From the IMG/VR virus record IMGVR_UViG_3300027659_000164, positions 1 through 28,225 of that record: a stretch of 28,225 nucleotides of DNA. One strand, written 5' to 3'. Numbering within the stretch: the first letter of the stretch is position 1; every line of letters begins with the position of its first letter. The position numbers were made by a program, and so were the translations under genes. The notes under the pieces were generated by a model. That model had not been told where the DNA came from, did not search any database, and saw only the letters and a program-made list of their open reading frames with translations. Positions 17,287-27,111 of this stretch are shown here, piece after piece. Source of the DNA: a virus (taxonomy: Duplodnaviria > Caudoviricetes).

Positions 17287-20217
17287 ATGGCAGTTAGAAC
17301 AATTGGTTTAGAAATTAAAATTGATGGTGTAAGTAAAACAGTATCATCAATTAAAGAACTTGAAACTGAAATTCAAAATCTCCAACAGAGATTAAAAGGT
17401 GTTGCGATTGGGAGTGATGAATTTAAACGTTTACAAGGTGAATTACGTGCCGCATCAGGTGAATTAGAAGACTTTAATAAAAGGTCAGAAGGGATATCTC
17501 TTGAACGTCAAATTGAAGCGGTAGGGAAATTCACAGGAGGTGTTACCGCTGGTTTTGCTGCGGCTACTGCAGCAGCACAATTATTGGGTGCTGAACAAGA
17601 ATCTCAAGAACAGATTACCAAGGCGGCAACAACCGCACAAAATTTATTAACAGTAGCATTAGGTGCTAGAGCCATTGCAGAAGTTGCGGTCAGTGCGAAT
17701 ACATTAATTCAAGTTGCATCAACCAAAGCGGCGACCCTTGCGACCACGGCACAAACAATTGCAACAAGAGGACTCACCGCCAATTTGAGAGCGTTGTATG
17801 CAACCTTATTAGCGAATCCATATACAGCAATACTTGCGGTAGTTGGTGCGTTAGCAGCCGCATATCTTGCGTTTAGTGATTCTGTGGATGAAGCGGCTGT
17901 TAGTTTAGAAAAACTACAAAATGCGGCACAAAATACAAATCAAGAAATCGCAAGACAAAAATTACTTGATGAACAACAAGTTTTATTGGCTGAAAAACGT
18001 GGAGCATCAGAACAAGAAATTGCTAGATTAAGACAACAGGGTGTTGATAATGAACGTAGAATGTTAACACTTCTACAACAACAATTAAATAATCAAATTG
18101 CAAGATTATCAAATTTAAAAGCAACAGGAAGGGCAACAAAAGAAGAACTTGATTTACTTCAACAATTAAATAAGGATTATATTACAACCACCAATTCTTT
18201 AATTACATTAGGTAATCAACAATTGAAAAATGAGATTGAAATCACCAATGAAAAGAAAAAACAACGTGAAGAACAAGCTCGTATTAATAAAGAACGTCGA
18301 GCTGAAAGTAGAGCGTTAGAAATTAGTCTTATTGAAAATCAAACTTTAAGAGAATTAGCCACATTAGAAGAAAAATTTAATACTGATTTAGATAAAATTG
18401 ATAAAACAAGAAAACAAGATAGACTTAATCTTGAGAAAAAATATAATCAAGATAGAGCAAAAATTTATGAAACTTTTTTCAAAACAATTGATGATTTACA
18501 AGAAGAGAATTTTTTAAGTGAATCTGATAAATTTGCTTTATCTCAAAAAAGAACTTTAGAACAATTTCAAAAATTCTTTCAAGACTACTTTGAAATTTAT
18601 GATACAGAATATTTTAAGAAAAATATAATCTTAGAAAGATTAACACAAAAACAACGTACTGATGCTGTTGAATTTGCTAATAAACAAATTATTGAAGGGT
18701 TAAAATCTTTAAATGAATTACAAGAAAATTTAGGAAAACAAAATCTAAATAATCAAATTGAATTATATGAAAGAGAATTTAAACAATTTGAAACAGCCGA
18801 ATTAAATAAATTTAAATCTTTTGTTGAATTTAGAGAAAAAGAAAAAATTTTACAAGGTCAAAATAGAGATTTAACTTTTATAGAACAATCAAGATTAGCC
18901 GCAATAGTAAAATTAGAAACCGACAGATATCAAAAAAGTTTAGAGTTATTACGAAAAATTAATATTGAACGTTTAAAATTAGTTAATGAAATAACTCAAG
19001 CGGAAAAGAAATCCAATGAGGAAGTTTTACAAAACGACAAACAATATTTTACTGATTTATTAAAACTCCAAGAAACCTATAAAGGTGATAAGGAAAGATT
19101 AGATAGAGAAATTACAAATCTTGACAACCAGAGAAAACTCCGTGATTTACAAACGGAGAAAAAATTGGTTGATGAAAAAATCCGTATATATGAAAAATAT
19201 AATCAGGATTTAAATGCTCTCAATACAAGAAGAGCACAATTAGAAGGAAGATTAACAACGGAATTTGGTGGACCATTTATTGAAGGAATAACTCCTCAAG
19301 AAGATTTGGCGGCAATCCAAGGTGAATTGGCGAGAGTTAAAAAACAAATCAATGATTATGTTGCAGGTGTTATTGACCCTGTTGAACTTGAGAAATTAAA
19401 AAATCGTGCATTAGAATTACAAACCGCAATCAATACCGCAACTAATGTAAAACCAGCTGATGATTCATTCCAAACTGCGTTAGGTAATATTCAAACTTAT
19501 CTTCAAACTTTTTCAAATGCAATTAATACAATTGGTCAATTAACACAAACACAATTTTCAATGCAATTGGAAAAATTGGAAAGTGACTATCAAAAAACAA
19601 TGGATAATATTGTTGGTGATACGGTTGAAGCAAATGCAAAAAGAACAGAAGCCGAAAAAATCTATCAAGAAAAAAAGAAACAGATTGAAAAACAAGCAAG
19701 AATTTCATCTCTTCAAGCGACCTTAATTCAAACGATTGCAAGTGCAGCACAAGCGGTTGTAACGACATTGGCCAATCCAAATCTTGGTCCCGCAGGAAAA
19801 GCCATCATCATTGGTATTGAAGGGTTATTGGCCACAGCGTCCATTGCTACCATTCGTCAACAAATTGCGCAAGCACAAGCATTAAGACGTGGTGGTAAAA
19901 TTAAAAAACAAATGGCAACTGGTGGTATGGTCGTAGGTCCAAGTCATGAACAGGGTGGTGTTAATTTTGGAAGATTCGAATTGGAAGGTGGTGAGGCTGT
20001 AATTAATCGTCAATCATCCTTAAATTATGGTGGGTTGTTATCATCAATTAATGAATCGGGTGGAGGTCGTCCAATCATCAACAATGTTCTTGATTCTCGT
20101 TTGGTTGAAGTTCTTGCAAAAGGTAGACAAGAACCAATTCGTGCTTATGTATTTGAATCAGATATTACCAATGCACAAACCATCAACAGAAAATTGGAAC
20201 AATTAACGACATTATAA
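17287..20217 (+). CDS. Tail tape measure protein
   Basis: 976 aa; Ala-rich hydrophobic segments (ANPYTAILAVVGALAAAY), long coiled coil, C-terminal ATGGMVVGPSHEQGGV...EGGEAVIN. Confidence 0.85.
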   Translation: MAVRTIGLEIKIDGVSKTVSSIKELETEIQNLQQRLKGVAIGSDEFKRLQGELRAASGELEDFNKRSEGISLERQIEAVGKFTGGVTAGFAAATAAAQLLGAEQESQEQITKAATTAQNLLTVALGARAIAEVAVSANTLIQVASTKAATLATTAQTIATRGLTANLRALYATLLANPYTAILAVVGALAAAYLAFSDSVDEAAVSLEKLQNAAQNTNQEIARQKLLDEQQVLLAEKRGASEQEIARLRQQGVDNERRMLTLLQQQLNNQIARLSNLKATGRATKEELDLLQQLNKDYITTTNSLITLGNQQLKNEIEITNEKKKQREEQARINKERRAESRALEISLIENQTLRELATLEEKFNTDLDKIDKTRKQDRLNLEKKYNQDRAKIYETFFKTIDDLQEENFLSESDKFALSQKRTLEQFQKFFQDYFEIYDTEYFKKNIILERLTQKQRTDAVEFANKQIIEGLKSLNELQENLGKQNLNNQIELYEREFKQFETAELNKFKSFVEFREKEKILQGQNRDLTFIEQSRLAAIVKLETDRYQKSLELLRKINIERLKLVNEITQAEKKSNEEVLQNDKQYFTDLLKLQETYKGDKERLDREITNLDNQRKLRDLQTEKKLVDEKIRIYEKYNQDLNALNTRRAQLEGRLTTEFGGPFIEGITPQEDLAAIQGELARVKKQINDYVAGVIDPVELEKLKNRALELQTAINTATNVKPADDSFQTALGNIQTYLQTFSNAINTIGQLTQTQFSMQLEKLESDYQKTMDNIVGDTVEANAKRTEAEKIYQEKKKQIEKQARISSLQATLIQTIASAAQAVVTTLANPNLGPAGKAIIIGIEGLLATASIATIRQQIAQAQALRRGGKIKKQMATGGMVVGPSHEQGGVNFGRFELEGGEAVINRQSSLNYGGLLSSINESGGGRPIINNVLDSRLVEVLAKGRQEPIRAYVFESDITNAQTINRKLEQLTTL

Positions 20218-20232
20218 AATATTTATATATAT

Positions 20233-22467
20233 ATGAAAATTATAGAACTAACAATTGAGGATTTATTTGCAGAAGATAGTGGAGTCGATGCGGTAGCATT
20301 TGTTGAGAATCCTGCGATTGAAACCAAATTTATATATTTCAATTCTGAAGAATTTGAAAGTTATAATGATTATCCTGAAGCAGCAAAAAATAATGCATGT
20401 AGAGCCATCAAATGGGCCGAAGAAAACGGATGGGGTTCTTGTGGAACTCCCGTGGGAAAAATTCGTGCAAATCAATTGTGTAATGGAGAAAATGTTACAG
20501 AAGAAACAATCGCTAGGATGGCAGCATTTGAAAGACACAGACAAAATTCTGAAACGCCATATGGTGAAGGTTGTGGAAAACTCATGTGGGATGCATGGGG
20601 TGGTGATGAAGGTGTGGAATGGGCACAAAGAAAGTTAGGTCAAATCAGAGAAGAAATGGCCGAAATTGGTCCTCGTGGTGGAATTAAAGAATCTCCCAAA
20701 GCACCAAAATCAGATACACCCAATCCAAATCCAAAAGGAGAAGGTTCTGCTCGTGGTAAAGCATCCGACACACGTTCAGCGGAAGTTGATAAACAAACCG
20801 AAGAATCTTTGCAAAAAAAGTCGGATGAATTCAATGAGAAGTATAAAGATAAATTGGGATATGGTACAACCGTGGGAATGTTGAAATCAGTTTATCAACG
20901 AGGAATGGGAGCATACAATACAAGTCATTCACCCAATGTAAATTCAGCAAAACAATGGGCGATGGCTCGTGTTAATGCGTTTCTTTATTTGGTAAAGAAT
21001 GGTCGTCCTGAAAATAGCAAATATGTTACCGATAATGATTTATTACCAAGTGGTCATCCAAAAAAGGGTAAATCAGAAGATATGGAAATCGATGTTTCAA
21101 ATCTTCCTGAATATGTAAATTATCCAACGGGTAAAACCGATAACGATATGTTAATTGAATATTTCTCAAATTGCGGAATTACCGAAGAACAATTCAAAAT
21201 GGAGTTTGCTGATGCTGCTGAAATTCCATGGGGTGAAGGTGATATCTTACCAAGAGATGAAAAGAAAGGTAGAACATTTTACAAATACACTGGTCCAAAT
21301 CCTGAACGAGATTTTTGTCGTCAATTGATGGGTCTTAATAGACTCTATACGTATGAGGAAGTTAAACAAGCCAATAACATTGCGGTCAATGCTGGTTTTG
21401 GTCCTGATGGTTCATCAACCTATGATATATGGTTTTATAAAGGTGGACCGAACTGTAAACATTATTGGCAGAAAGTATATGCAACATTACGTAATCAAGA
21501 ATCCAAAGGACCTGCAAGAGGTAAAGCCGGTACACCAATGTTTGACCAACCAAATCGTGGTTATTTAAACCCAAGGATGTCTCAAATTAATTTTGTTGAG
21601 AGATTACCTGGCGAATCAAAAGACGATTACCTTGGTCGTTGTATCCCCGTATTAATTGGTGAGGGATACAAACAAGACCAAGCAATTGCAATCTGTATAT
21701 CAGATTTTAAAAATTTTAAATCTATGGAAATGACAATATTCGGTTATACCACAAAATATTTTTATTTGTGTGCAATAGCCCAACAATTATTTAAAAAATT
21801 AGTTTCAGAAGAAAATACGAGAGATGAAGTTGTAATGATTAGAATTGCGGCAGTTATTGTCGACCAAATTTTTGAGATTGAAGCAAAAGAAGAAATTACC
21901 GAGGAAGATTATCAAAATGCAATAAAATTGAAAAATGATTTCTATGAAATCTTTGAACAAATTGAAATCTTAAAAGGTGAGAAATATGATTTAACTTTTG
22001 TGGAAAATCATCTTGATATCATTGAAGAGAAAGTAAAAAAAAACTTTAAATCATCCTTCCGTTTTGTAAACGAGGAAAAAAGATTGGTGGTAAGTCCATT
22101 GATGATACCTCATATTTTGATTCCAAGAAGAAACGAGGTAAATGGTGAGAAATATTATGTAAAATTCTCACCTCAAACCATTGAACAAATCCAAAGAAAA
22201 TATAATTTGGAGGGAAGAATGAGAAATACCAATCTTGAACATAATTCAGATGAATCAATGAAAGATGCTGTATTGGTTGAAAATTGGTTGGTTGAAAATG
22301 AGAACGATAAAATTTACAATTATTTTACCAAAGATGATGTTCCATTTGGTTCATGGGTTGGTGTTTTCTATATTATTGAAAGTGAAGAAGGAAATATGTT
22401 ATGGAAGAAAATCAAAGATGGTGAAGTAAAAGGATTATCTGTTGAAGGTAATTTTATCTTAAATTAA
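20233..22467 (+). CDS. Prohead maturation protease (XkdF-like) with several inserted domains
   Basis: N-terminal GVDAVAFVENPAIE and C-terminal EEKRLVVSPLMIP...NLEH...ENW...GSWV...KDGEVKGLSVEG; directly upstream of scaffold and capsid. Confidence 0.8.
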   Translation: MKIIELTIEDLFAEDSGVDAVAFVENPAIETKFIYFNSEEFESYNDYPEAAKNNACRAIKWAEENGWGSCGTPVGKIRANQLCNGENVTEETIARMAAFERHRQNSETPYGEGCGKLMWDAWGGDEGVEWAQRKLGQIREEMAEIGPRGGIKESPKAPKSDTPNPNPKGEGSARGKASDTRSAEVDKQTEESLQKKSDEFNEKYKDKLGYGTTVGMLKSVYQRGMGAYNTSHSPNVNSAKQWAMARVNAFLYLVKNGRPENSKYVTDNDLLPSGHPKKGKSEDMEIDVSNLPEYVNYPTGKTDNDMLIEYFSNCGITEEQFKMEFADAAEIPWGEGDILPRDEKKGRTFYKYTGPNPERDFCRQLMGLNRLYTYEEVKQANNIAVNAGFGPDGSSTYDIWFYKGGPNCKHYWQKVYATLRNQESKGPARGKAGTPMFDQPNRGYLNPRMSQINFVERLPGESKDDYLGRCIPVLIGEGYKQDQAIAICISDFKNFKSMEMTIFGYTTKYFYLCAIAQQLFKKLVSEENTRDEVVMIRIAAVIVDQIFEIEAKEEITEEDYQNAIKLKNDFYEIFEQIEILKGEKYDLTFVENHLDIIEEKVKKNFKSSFRFVNEEKRLVVSPLMIPHILIPRRNEVNGEKYYVKFSPQTIEQIQRKYNLEGRMRNTNLEHNSDESMKDAVLVENWLVENENDKIYNYFTKDDVPFGSWVGVFYIIESEEGNMLWKKIKDGEVKGLSVEGNFILN

Positions 22468-22546
22468 TTTTGTAATAAAAAATATCATTTAATTAAACAT
22501 TTATATTTATAAATGTTATCAATAACATAAATTAAAAAATTATTAT

Positions 22547-23083
22547 ATGAAAAATAGCTTGATAGAAAAAGTTAAAGGTTTTTTCAAACAAGAATTTGAA
22601 TCTTTGAAGTTCGCAACCGCAACTTTATTGGATGGAACCGTTGTTTCTAACAACGAAGAAACCCAAGAATTTGAAGTTGGTCAATATCTTTATATTCAGA
22701 AAGAATCCACACTATCTCCCGCTCCTGCTGGCAAACACGAAACCACCGAAGGTTTTGTTCTTGAAGTAGATGAGGCCGGTCAAATTGTGGCCATTTATGA
22801 AAAAGAAGATGAGAGAGAAGGTGAGTCTGAAGCAGATAGAGTTGCAGAAGATGTAAACAGAGATGATGAGGAAGAAATGAGAAAACTTATTAAAACTTAT
22901 GTGGCTACATTAGCCGAGATTAATAAGCGTATGGAAAAACTTTCCAGCGAATTTAAAGCATTTAAACTTAGTGCAGAAAAAGAGCCTGTACATAAAACAC
23001 AAAAATCAATCAAAGAAGTTGCTAACAGAGGTGACTTCAAATTAAAAATGATTCGTGATTTTGAAAAACTAAACAGTATTTAA
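22547..23083 (+). CDS. Putative capsid scaffolding protein
   Basis: Acidic 178-aa protein, ATLLDGT...PAPAGKHETTEG, C-terminal coiled coil; between protease and capsid. Confidence 0.7.
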   Translation: MKNSLIEKVKGFFKQEFESLKFATATLLDGTVVSNNEETQEFEVGQYLYIQKESTLSPAPAGKHETTEGFVLEVDEAGQIVAIYEKEDEREGESEADRVAEDVNRDDEEEMRKLIKTYVATLAEINKRMEKLSSEFKAFKLSAEKEPVHKTQKSIKEVANRGDFKLKMIRDFEKLNSI

Positions 23084-23094
23084 AAATTAAAAAA

Positions 23095-24039
23095 ATGAAT
23101 AAACAGAAATTAAATTTCGCTTATGATTTAACAAATCTCCCAACCTACAATTCATATGGTTCGGATATGTTAATTAAAGCAGTTTTGGGATTGACTCTTC
23201 CAAAATATGCTACGGTAAGACCTAATTTGAAAGGTACTACCGAAAAAGTTGGTTTCGTAACAAACGACGTTTATTTGCAAGATTTATCTTGCGGATTTAA
23301 CCAATCTGGTACAACCACCCAAAACCTTGTTACCGTTGATTTGTGTAACAAAAAAGTAAACCAAACTTTGTGTCCTTATTCTTTATATGACACATATCTT
23401 TCTCAATCTTTGAGTGATGCGAACTTCCAAGAGAATGTTCCATTCGAAGAAGTAATTTTGGAAGATATCTCTAACAGAATTGCAAACAAAGTTGAAAAAG
23501 CATTGTGGAGAAATACAACCGCAACTGGTGCTACTGAATTTAACTCTCAGTGTTTCAATGGTGTTGAATACTTGATTACCTCTGGTAACGGTGCAACACA
23601 AATTGCATACACAGGTGCTACTTCAAGCAACGGTTTGGATGTATTCACCAAAATCTATGAAAACATTCCTTCCAACGTATTACATCGTGATGACCTTGTC
23701 ATTTACTGTTCTTACGCCAACTATCGTGGACTTGTTTCAAGCATGAGAAATTCTTCTTTTGTTAACTTGTTTACAATGGATAGTGCAGGTGTCGCAACCG
23801 GTGAAGAATGGTCGTTGATGTTACCTGGTACCAATGTAAGAGTAATCCCAACCGTAGGTCTTGATGGTGTGTCCGCATACTACGCCGGTCCTGCTGGTTA
23901 CTACTTGTTCGGTATGAATTCCGAGATAATGACTGTTAAAGCTGTCTACGACCCGTTCGAGGATATCGTTAAAATCATGGCCAATGTAACTTATGGTCTT
24001 GGTGTATTCGACGTAGCGTCTTTCGCAATCTGCAAATAA
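23095..24039 (+). CDS. Major capsid protein
   Basis: 314 aa after the scaffold; ISNRIANKVEKALW...FNGV and ANVTYGLGV patterns of HK97-fold capsids; biased, high-expression-like codon usage. Confidence 0.85.
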   Translation: MNKQKLNFAYDLTNLPTYNSYGSDMLIKAVLGLTLPKYATVRPNLKGTTEKVGFVTNDVYLQDLSCGFNQSGTTTQNLVTVDLCNKKVNQTLCPYSLYDTYLSQSLSDANFQENVPFEEVILEDISNRIANKVEKALWRNTTATGATEFNSQCFNGVEYLITSGNGATQIAYTGATSSNGLDVFTKIYENIPSNVLHRDDLVIYCSYANYRGLVSSMRNSSFVNLFTMDSAGVATGEEWSLMLPGTNVRVIPTVGLDGVSAYYAGPAGYYLFGMNSEIMTVKAVYDPFEDIVKIMANVTYGLGVFDVASFAICK

Positions 24040-24074
24040 TGCATAAACCTTAAAATTAAAAATTATAAAAAACT

Positions 24075-24614
24075 ATGAGTTGTTATATTTCGAGCGGTCA
24101 TACATTAGATTGTCGTAATGCAAGTACTGGTGGTGTTAAAGCCCTTTGGGTTTTAGGCGGAGCTGGTAATGCAATTACAGGTGTAACATCAACTCAAACA
24201 GGTGGCATCACTGCGATTGCGGGTACAGGAACATTTTACAAGTACGAACTTGTAAAACAGTCTTCTTCGTTTACTGAAGAACTTCAGGTGAACGAGACAG
24301 CCCAATCAGTAGTATTTGTCCCAAGTTTAGTTGTAACATTACCTAAATTAGACCAAATTTTACGTACAAAATGGTTTGACCTTATCAAACCCAATGATTT
24401 AATAATCATAATTGAAGACAATAACGGTCGTTATTGGTTGGTTGGCCAAGAAAATGGTCTTACCGTAAGTGCTGGTTCCATGTTAATGGGTCAGGCTTAC
24501 AACGATGCCAACGGTGTGACATTTACTATGTCAGGTGGTGAACCTAATCCAAGCATGGAAATTGATGTGACCACTACCCTCCAAGCGGTCATGACAGGTA
24601 TCACTGTTCAATAA
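24075..24614 (+). CDS. Major tail (tube) protein
   Basis: MSC...LDCRNASTGGVK, EDNNGRYWLVG, NGVTFTMSGGE; follows the capsid gene, ahead of a strong terminator. Confidence 0.75.
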   Translation: MSCYISSGHTLDCRNASTGGVKALWVLGGAGNAITGVTSTQTGGITAIAGTGTFYKYELVKQSSSFTEELQVNETAQSVVFVPSLVVTLPKLDQILRTKWFDLIKPNDLIIIIEDNNGRYWLVGQENGLTVSAGSMLMGQAYNDANGVTFTMSGGEPNPSMEIDVTTTLQAVMTGITVQ

Positions 24615-24632
24615 TTGGAATTAAATCTGATT

Positions 24633-24666
24633 AAAAACCCTCGAAGAAATTCGGGGGTTTTTTTTT
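24633..24666 (+). terminator. Rho-independent terminator after the capsid/tail-tube genes
   Basis: aaaaaccctcgaa-gaaa-ttcgggggtttttttt. Confidence 0.88.
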
Positions 24667-24703
24667 ATATTATTGAAAAAATAAAAATATTTCGTATATT
24701 TAT

Positions 24704-24763
24704 GTTATTGAATGTTGGTCATATCAAAACCCTGCTAATTCTTAATGAATAGCAGGGTTTTTT
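24704..24763 (+). ncRNA. Candidate ~55-nt small RNA C
   Basis: TATTTAT at 24697-24703 (TTGAAA at 24673), a short single-stranded stretch and a second terminator, between two other units. Confidence 0.35.
24726..24763 (+). terminator. Second rho-independent terminator
   Basis: aaaaccctgcta...tagcagggtttttt. Confidence 0.8.
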
Positions 24764-24807
24764 GTTATAAATCTGATTTTCTTCTTCAAATTAGGTATTT
24801 ATTATAG

Positions 24808-25029
24808 ATGTTTTCAATTAATAATACATTATATGCGTATTATATAATCAAACAAGTTTGTTTTGATATTGATTTTAATGAGTGTCAAATTCTCATTGAA
24901 TTCGGTGATGATGAAATACAACGTAAATGTTCAATAGTTATAAACTATCCCGCCAAAAGCGATAATAATATAACAAATGAAAATTTAATAAAATTTGTTG
25001 AACAAGAATTAAATAAGTATAAAATATGA
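24808..25029 (+). CDS. Hypothetical protein
   Basis: 73-aa ORF; TATTTAT at 24796-24802; ATGA overlap with the next gene. Confidence 0.7.
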   Translation: MFSINNTLYAYYIIKQVCFDIDFNECQILIEFGDDEIQRKCSIVINYPAKSDNNITNENLIKFVEQELNKYKI

Positions 25030-25481
25030 TATATCTTTCTGGTGACACAACAGGTCAAACCATGTATTTAACTTGTTCGAGGAATAAGTTATTATCGGGT
25101 ACAGTTTATTATCTTTTTAATTTTAAACATAAGGTAACCAACCAAATATGGAGAGCAATACCTTATCGTATTCCACCCAGTGTTAGTTATCTTCCCGCAG
25201 AAGACCATTTTAACATTGATGTTAATCCAAATGCTGCAGAAATATATACGGGAACATCAATAACCAATGTTAATCTTCATTTAATTCCTGGCGAATATTA
25301 TTTATTGGTTTATGAGCAAACATCATCAACGAATTTAAATCCAATCAATTCTTATAATGTTGTAAACGAAAGTATATTACGTGTGACAGAAAATATAACA
25401 TTTGAAACTTACGATAGTAACACAGGAAATACATCAAATAACTTATCAGAAATACAATTTAAAGTATATGAAAATACATAG
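25026..25481 (+). CDS. Putative virion/head-completion protein
   Basis: 151 aa, YYLFNF...GEYYLLVYEQTSSTNLNP; immediately upstream of portal. Confidence 0.55.
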   Translation: MIYLSGDTTGQTMYLTCSRNKLLSGTVYYLFNFKHKVTNQIWRAIPYRIPPSVSYLPAEDHFNIDVNPNAAEIYTGTSITNVNLHLIPGEYYLLVYEQTSSTNLNPINSYNVVNESILRVTENITFETYDSNTGNTSNNLSEIQFKVYENT

Positions 25482-26523
25482 ATTAGACTTTTCAAAATAT
25501 GACACAACTGAAACTTTCATTGAGGTCACAGAAAATAAAAATGAACCATATATTCGATGGGGTGCAAACAATATGTACCCTTATGAATTATTGAGATTAA
25601 CAGACGTTTCTCCAATTCATAACGCATGTCTTCGTTCCAAGATTGATGCAATTGTGGGAATGGGATTTGAGAAAAACTATATGATGAATGAATCTGATTC
25701 ATTGAATTTTTTGTTTAGAAAAATGGTCTTTGAATATATGGTGACAGGTAATTTATTTTTGGAAGCAGTATGGAGACGTGATAGAAACGAAGGTTTGGCG
25801 GGTGTTCATATTTTACCAGCAAAATACATGAGGGTCGGAAAAGATGATAATTATTTTTATTGCAGAGAATGGTGGAAACCAACCAAAAAAAATGTGATTG
25901 AATTTGCGAGTTTTAATTCTGAAGATAGAGAAAATCGTCAAGTAATCCACATAAAACAAGAACACGCTGCATTTGATTATTACGGTTGTCCTGATTGGAT
26001 TAGTGTTATCAATGACGTTAAATTAAATGAACAGATATCTGTTTTCAATTTACATAACATTAAGAATGGTCTAAGTCCATCATTGTGGGTTCACTTTAAT
26101 CAACAACAACCTGAAAGTGAGAATGAACAATTCCAAGTGTTGCGAAAGATTGAAGAAAGATATCAGGGTGCAGAGAATGCGGGAAGGGTAATTATAAGTT
26201 ATGGCGAGTCAGAACAAAAACCGGAGATTACTCAAATCCAAACCAATGTTGAAGATGGTTATTTCAGTAGTATCTTTGAATTGGTACAAAGACAAATCAT
26301 GAGTGGTCATAAAATTATCGATGGTGCAATCATCGGTTTACCATCACCACAAGGTTTTTCTTCATCTGCAGACCAATTAACCACATCGTATAATTTATTC
26401 TTATCAACAACAATTAAACCATTTCAAAAGTATTTAATAGGAGAACTAGATAACATTGTTAAACTAATACATTTGGATGAGAATGTTGATTTAAAAATAA
26501 TACAAAACAAAATTTTAGAATAA
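25468..26523 (+). CDS. Portal protein
   Basis: Likely ATG at 25468 (MKIHRLDF); WGANNMYP, SPIHNAC, YYGCPDW, NIKNGLSPS, GAENAG, IMSGH, TIKPFQ motifs. Confidence 0.85.
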   Translation: MKIHRLDFSKYDTTETFIEVTENKNEPYIRWGANNMYPYELLRLTDVSPIHNACLRSKIDAIVGMGFEKNYMMNESDSLNFLFRKMVFEYMVTGNLFLEAVWRRDRNEGLAGVHILPAKYMRVGKDDNYFYCREWWKPTKKNVIEFASFNSEDRENRQVIHIKQEHAAFDYYGCPDWISVINDVKLNEQISVFNLHNIKNGLSPSLWVHFNQQQPESENEQFQVLRKIEERYQGAENAGRVIISYGESEQKPEITQIQTNVEDGYFSSIFELVQRQIMSGHKIIDGAIIGLPSPQGFSSSADQLTTSYNLFLSTTIKPFQKYLIGELDNIVKLIHLDENVDLKIIQNKILE

Positions 26524-27110
26524 TGAATAACATATTATTAATATCAGAGAATGTATTAAAATCTTATAGTTACATTGGTGAAAATGTTCAAGCCAATGAA
26601 TTAAGATATTCAATTTTAACCAGTCAAAATATTGAAATCCAAGAAACACTTGGAACAAAATTATACAATAAAATTTTGGATTTGGTTGATAATAATACAA
26701 TCAATCAAGCCGGTAATATTCATTACAAAACTTTATTGGACAAATATATCCAACCCACTTTAATTGGGTTTTCTATTTATCGTGCATTGGATAATTTCAT
26801 TGCAAAATTCTTATCAATTGGATTGGTATCAAATAGTTCTGAACAAGGTCAAAAGATTGAATTCAAAACATATCTTCAACTAAAAACAAATGTTAAAGAT
26901 GATGCTGAATTTAATAACAATATGATGAGAAGATATCTTATATTTAATTCAAATCTTTTTCCCGAATATACGGATAACCAAAAGGAACAATTGCAACCAA
27001 GTCAAAATACTGCGTTCAAATCACCTATTTCAATGCCAGGTAATTGGGGTTGGTTTGATGAAAGAAATTGTCCCTATCCCGCTTGGTACGGTCACGTAAC
27101 TAATTCTTAA
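26523..27110 (+). CDS. Putative head-tail adaptor
   Basis: Follows portal (TAATG overlap); LLISE...IQETLGTKLYNKI...YIQPTL...FPEY. Confidence 0.6.
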   Translation: MNNILLISENVLKSYSYIGENVQANELRYSILTSQNIEIQETLGTKLYNKILDLVDNNTINQAGNIHYKTLLDKYIQPTLIGFSIYRALDNFIAKFLSIGLVSNSSEQGQKIEFKTYLQLKTNVKDDAEFNNNMMRRYLIFNSNLFPEYTDNQKEQLQPSQNTAFKSPISMPGNWGWFDERNCPYPAWYGHVTNS

Positions 27111-27111
27111 T

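Noticed and set aside
1533-26700. Many short ORF-track entries antisense to or nested in long genes (e.g. 1533-1841, 2680-2919, 5080-5298, 7457-7642, 20263-20628, 23383-23601)
   Set aside because: They overlap well-supported genes, lack motifs and leaders, and several are just the reverse reading of PST repeats.
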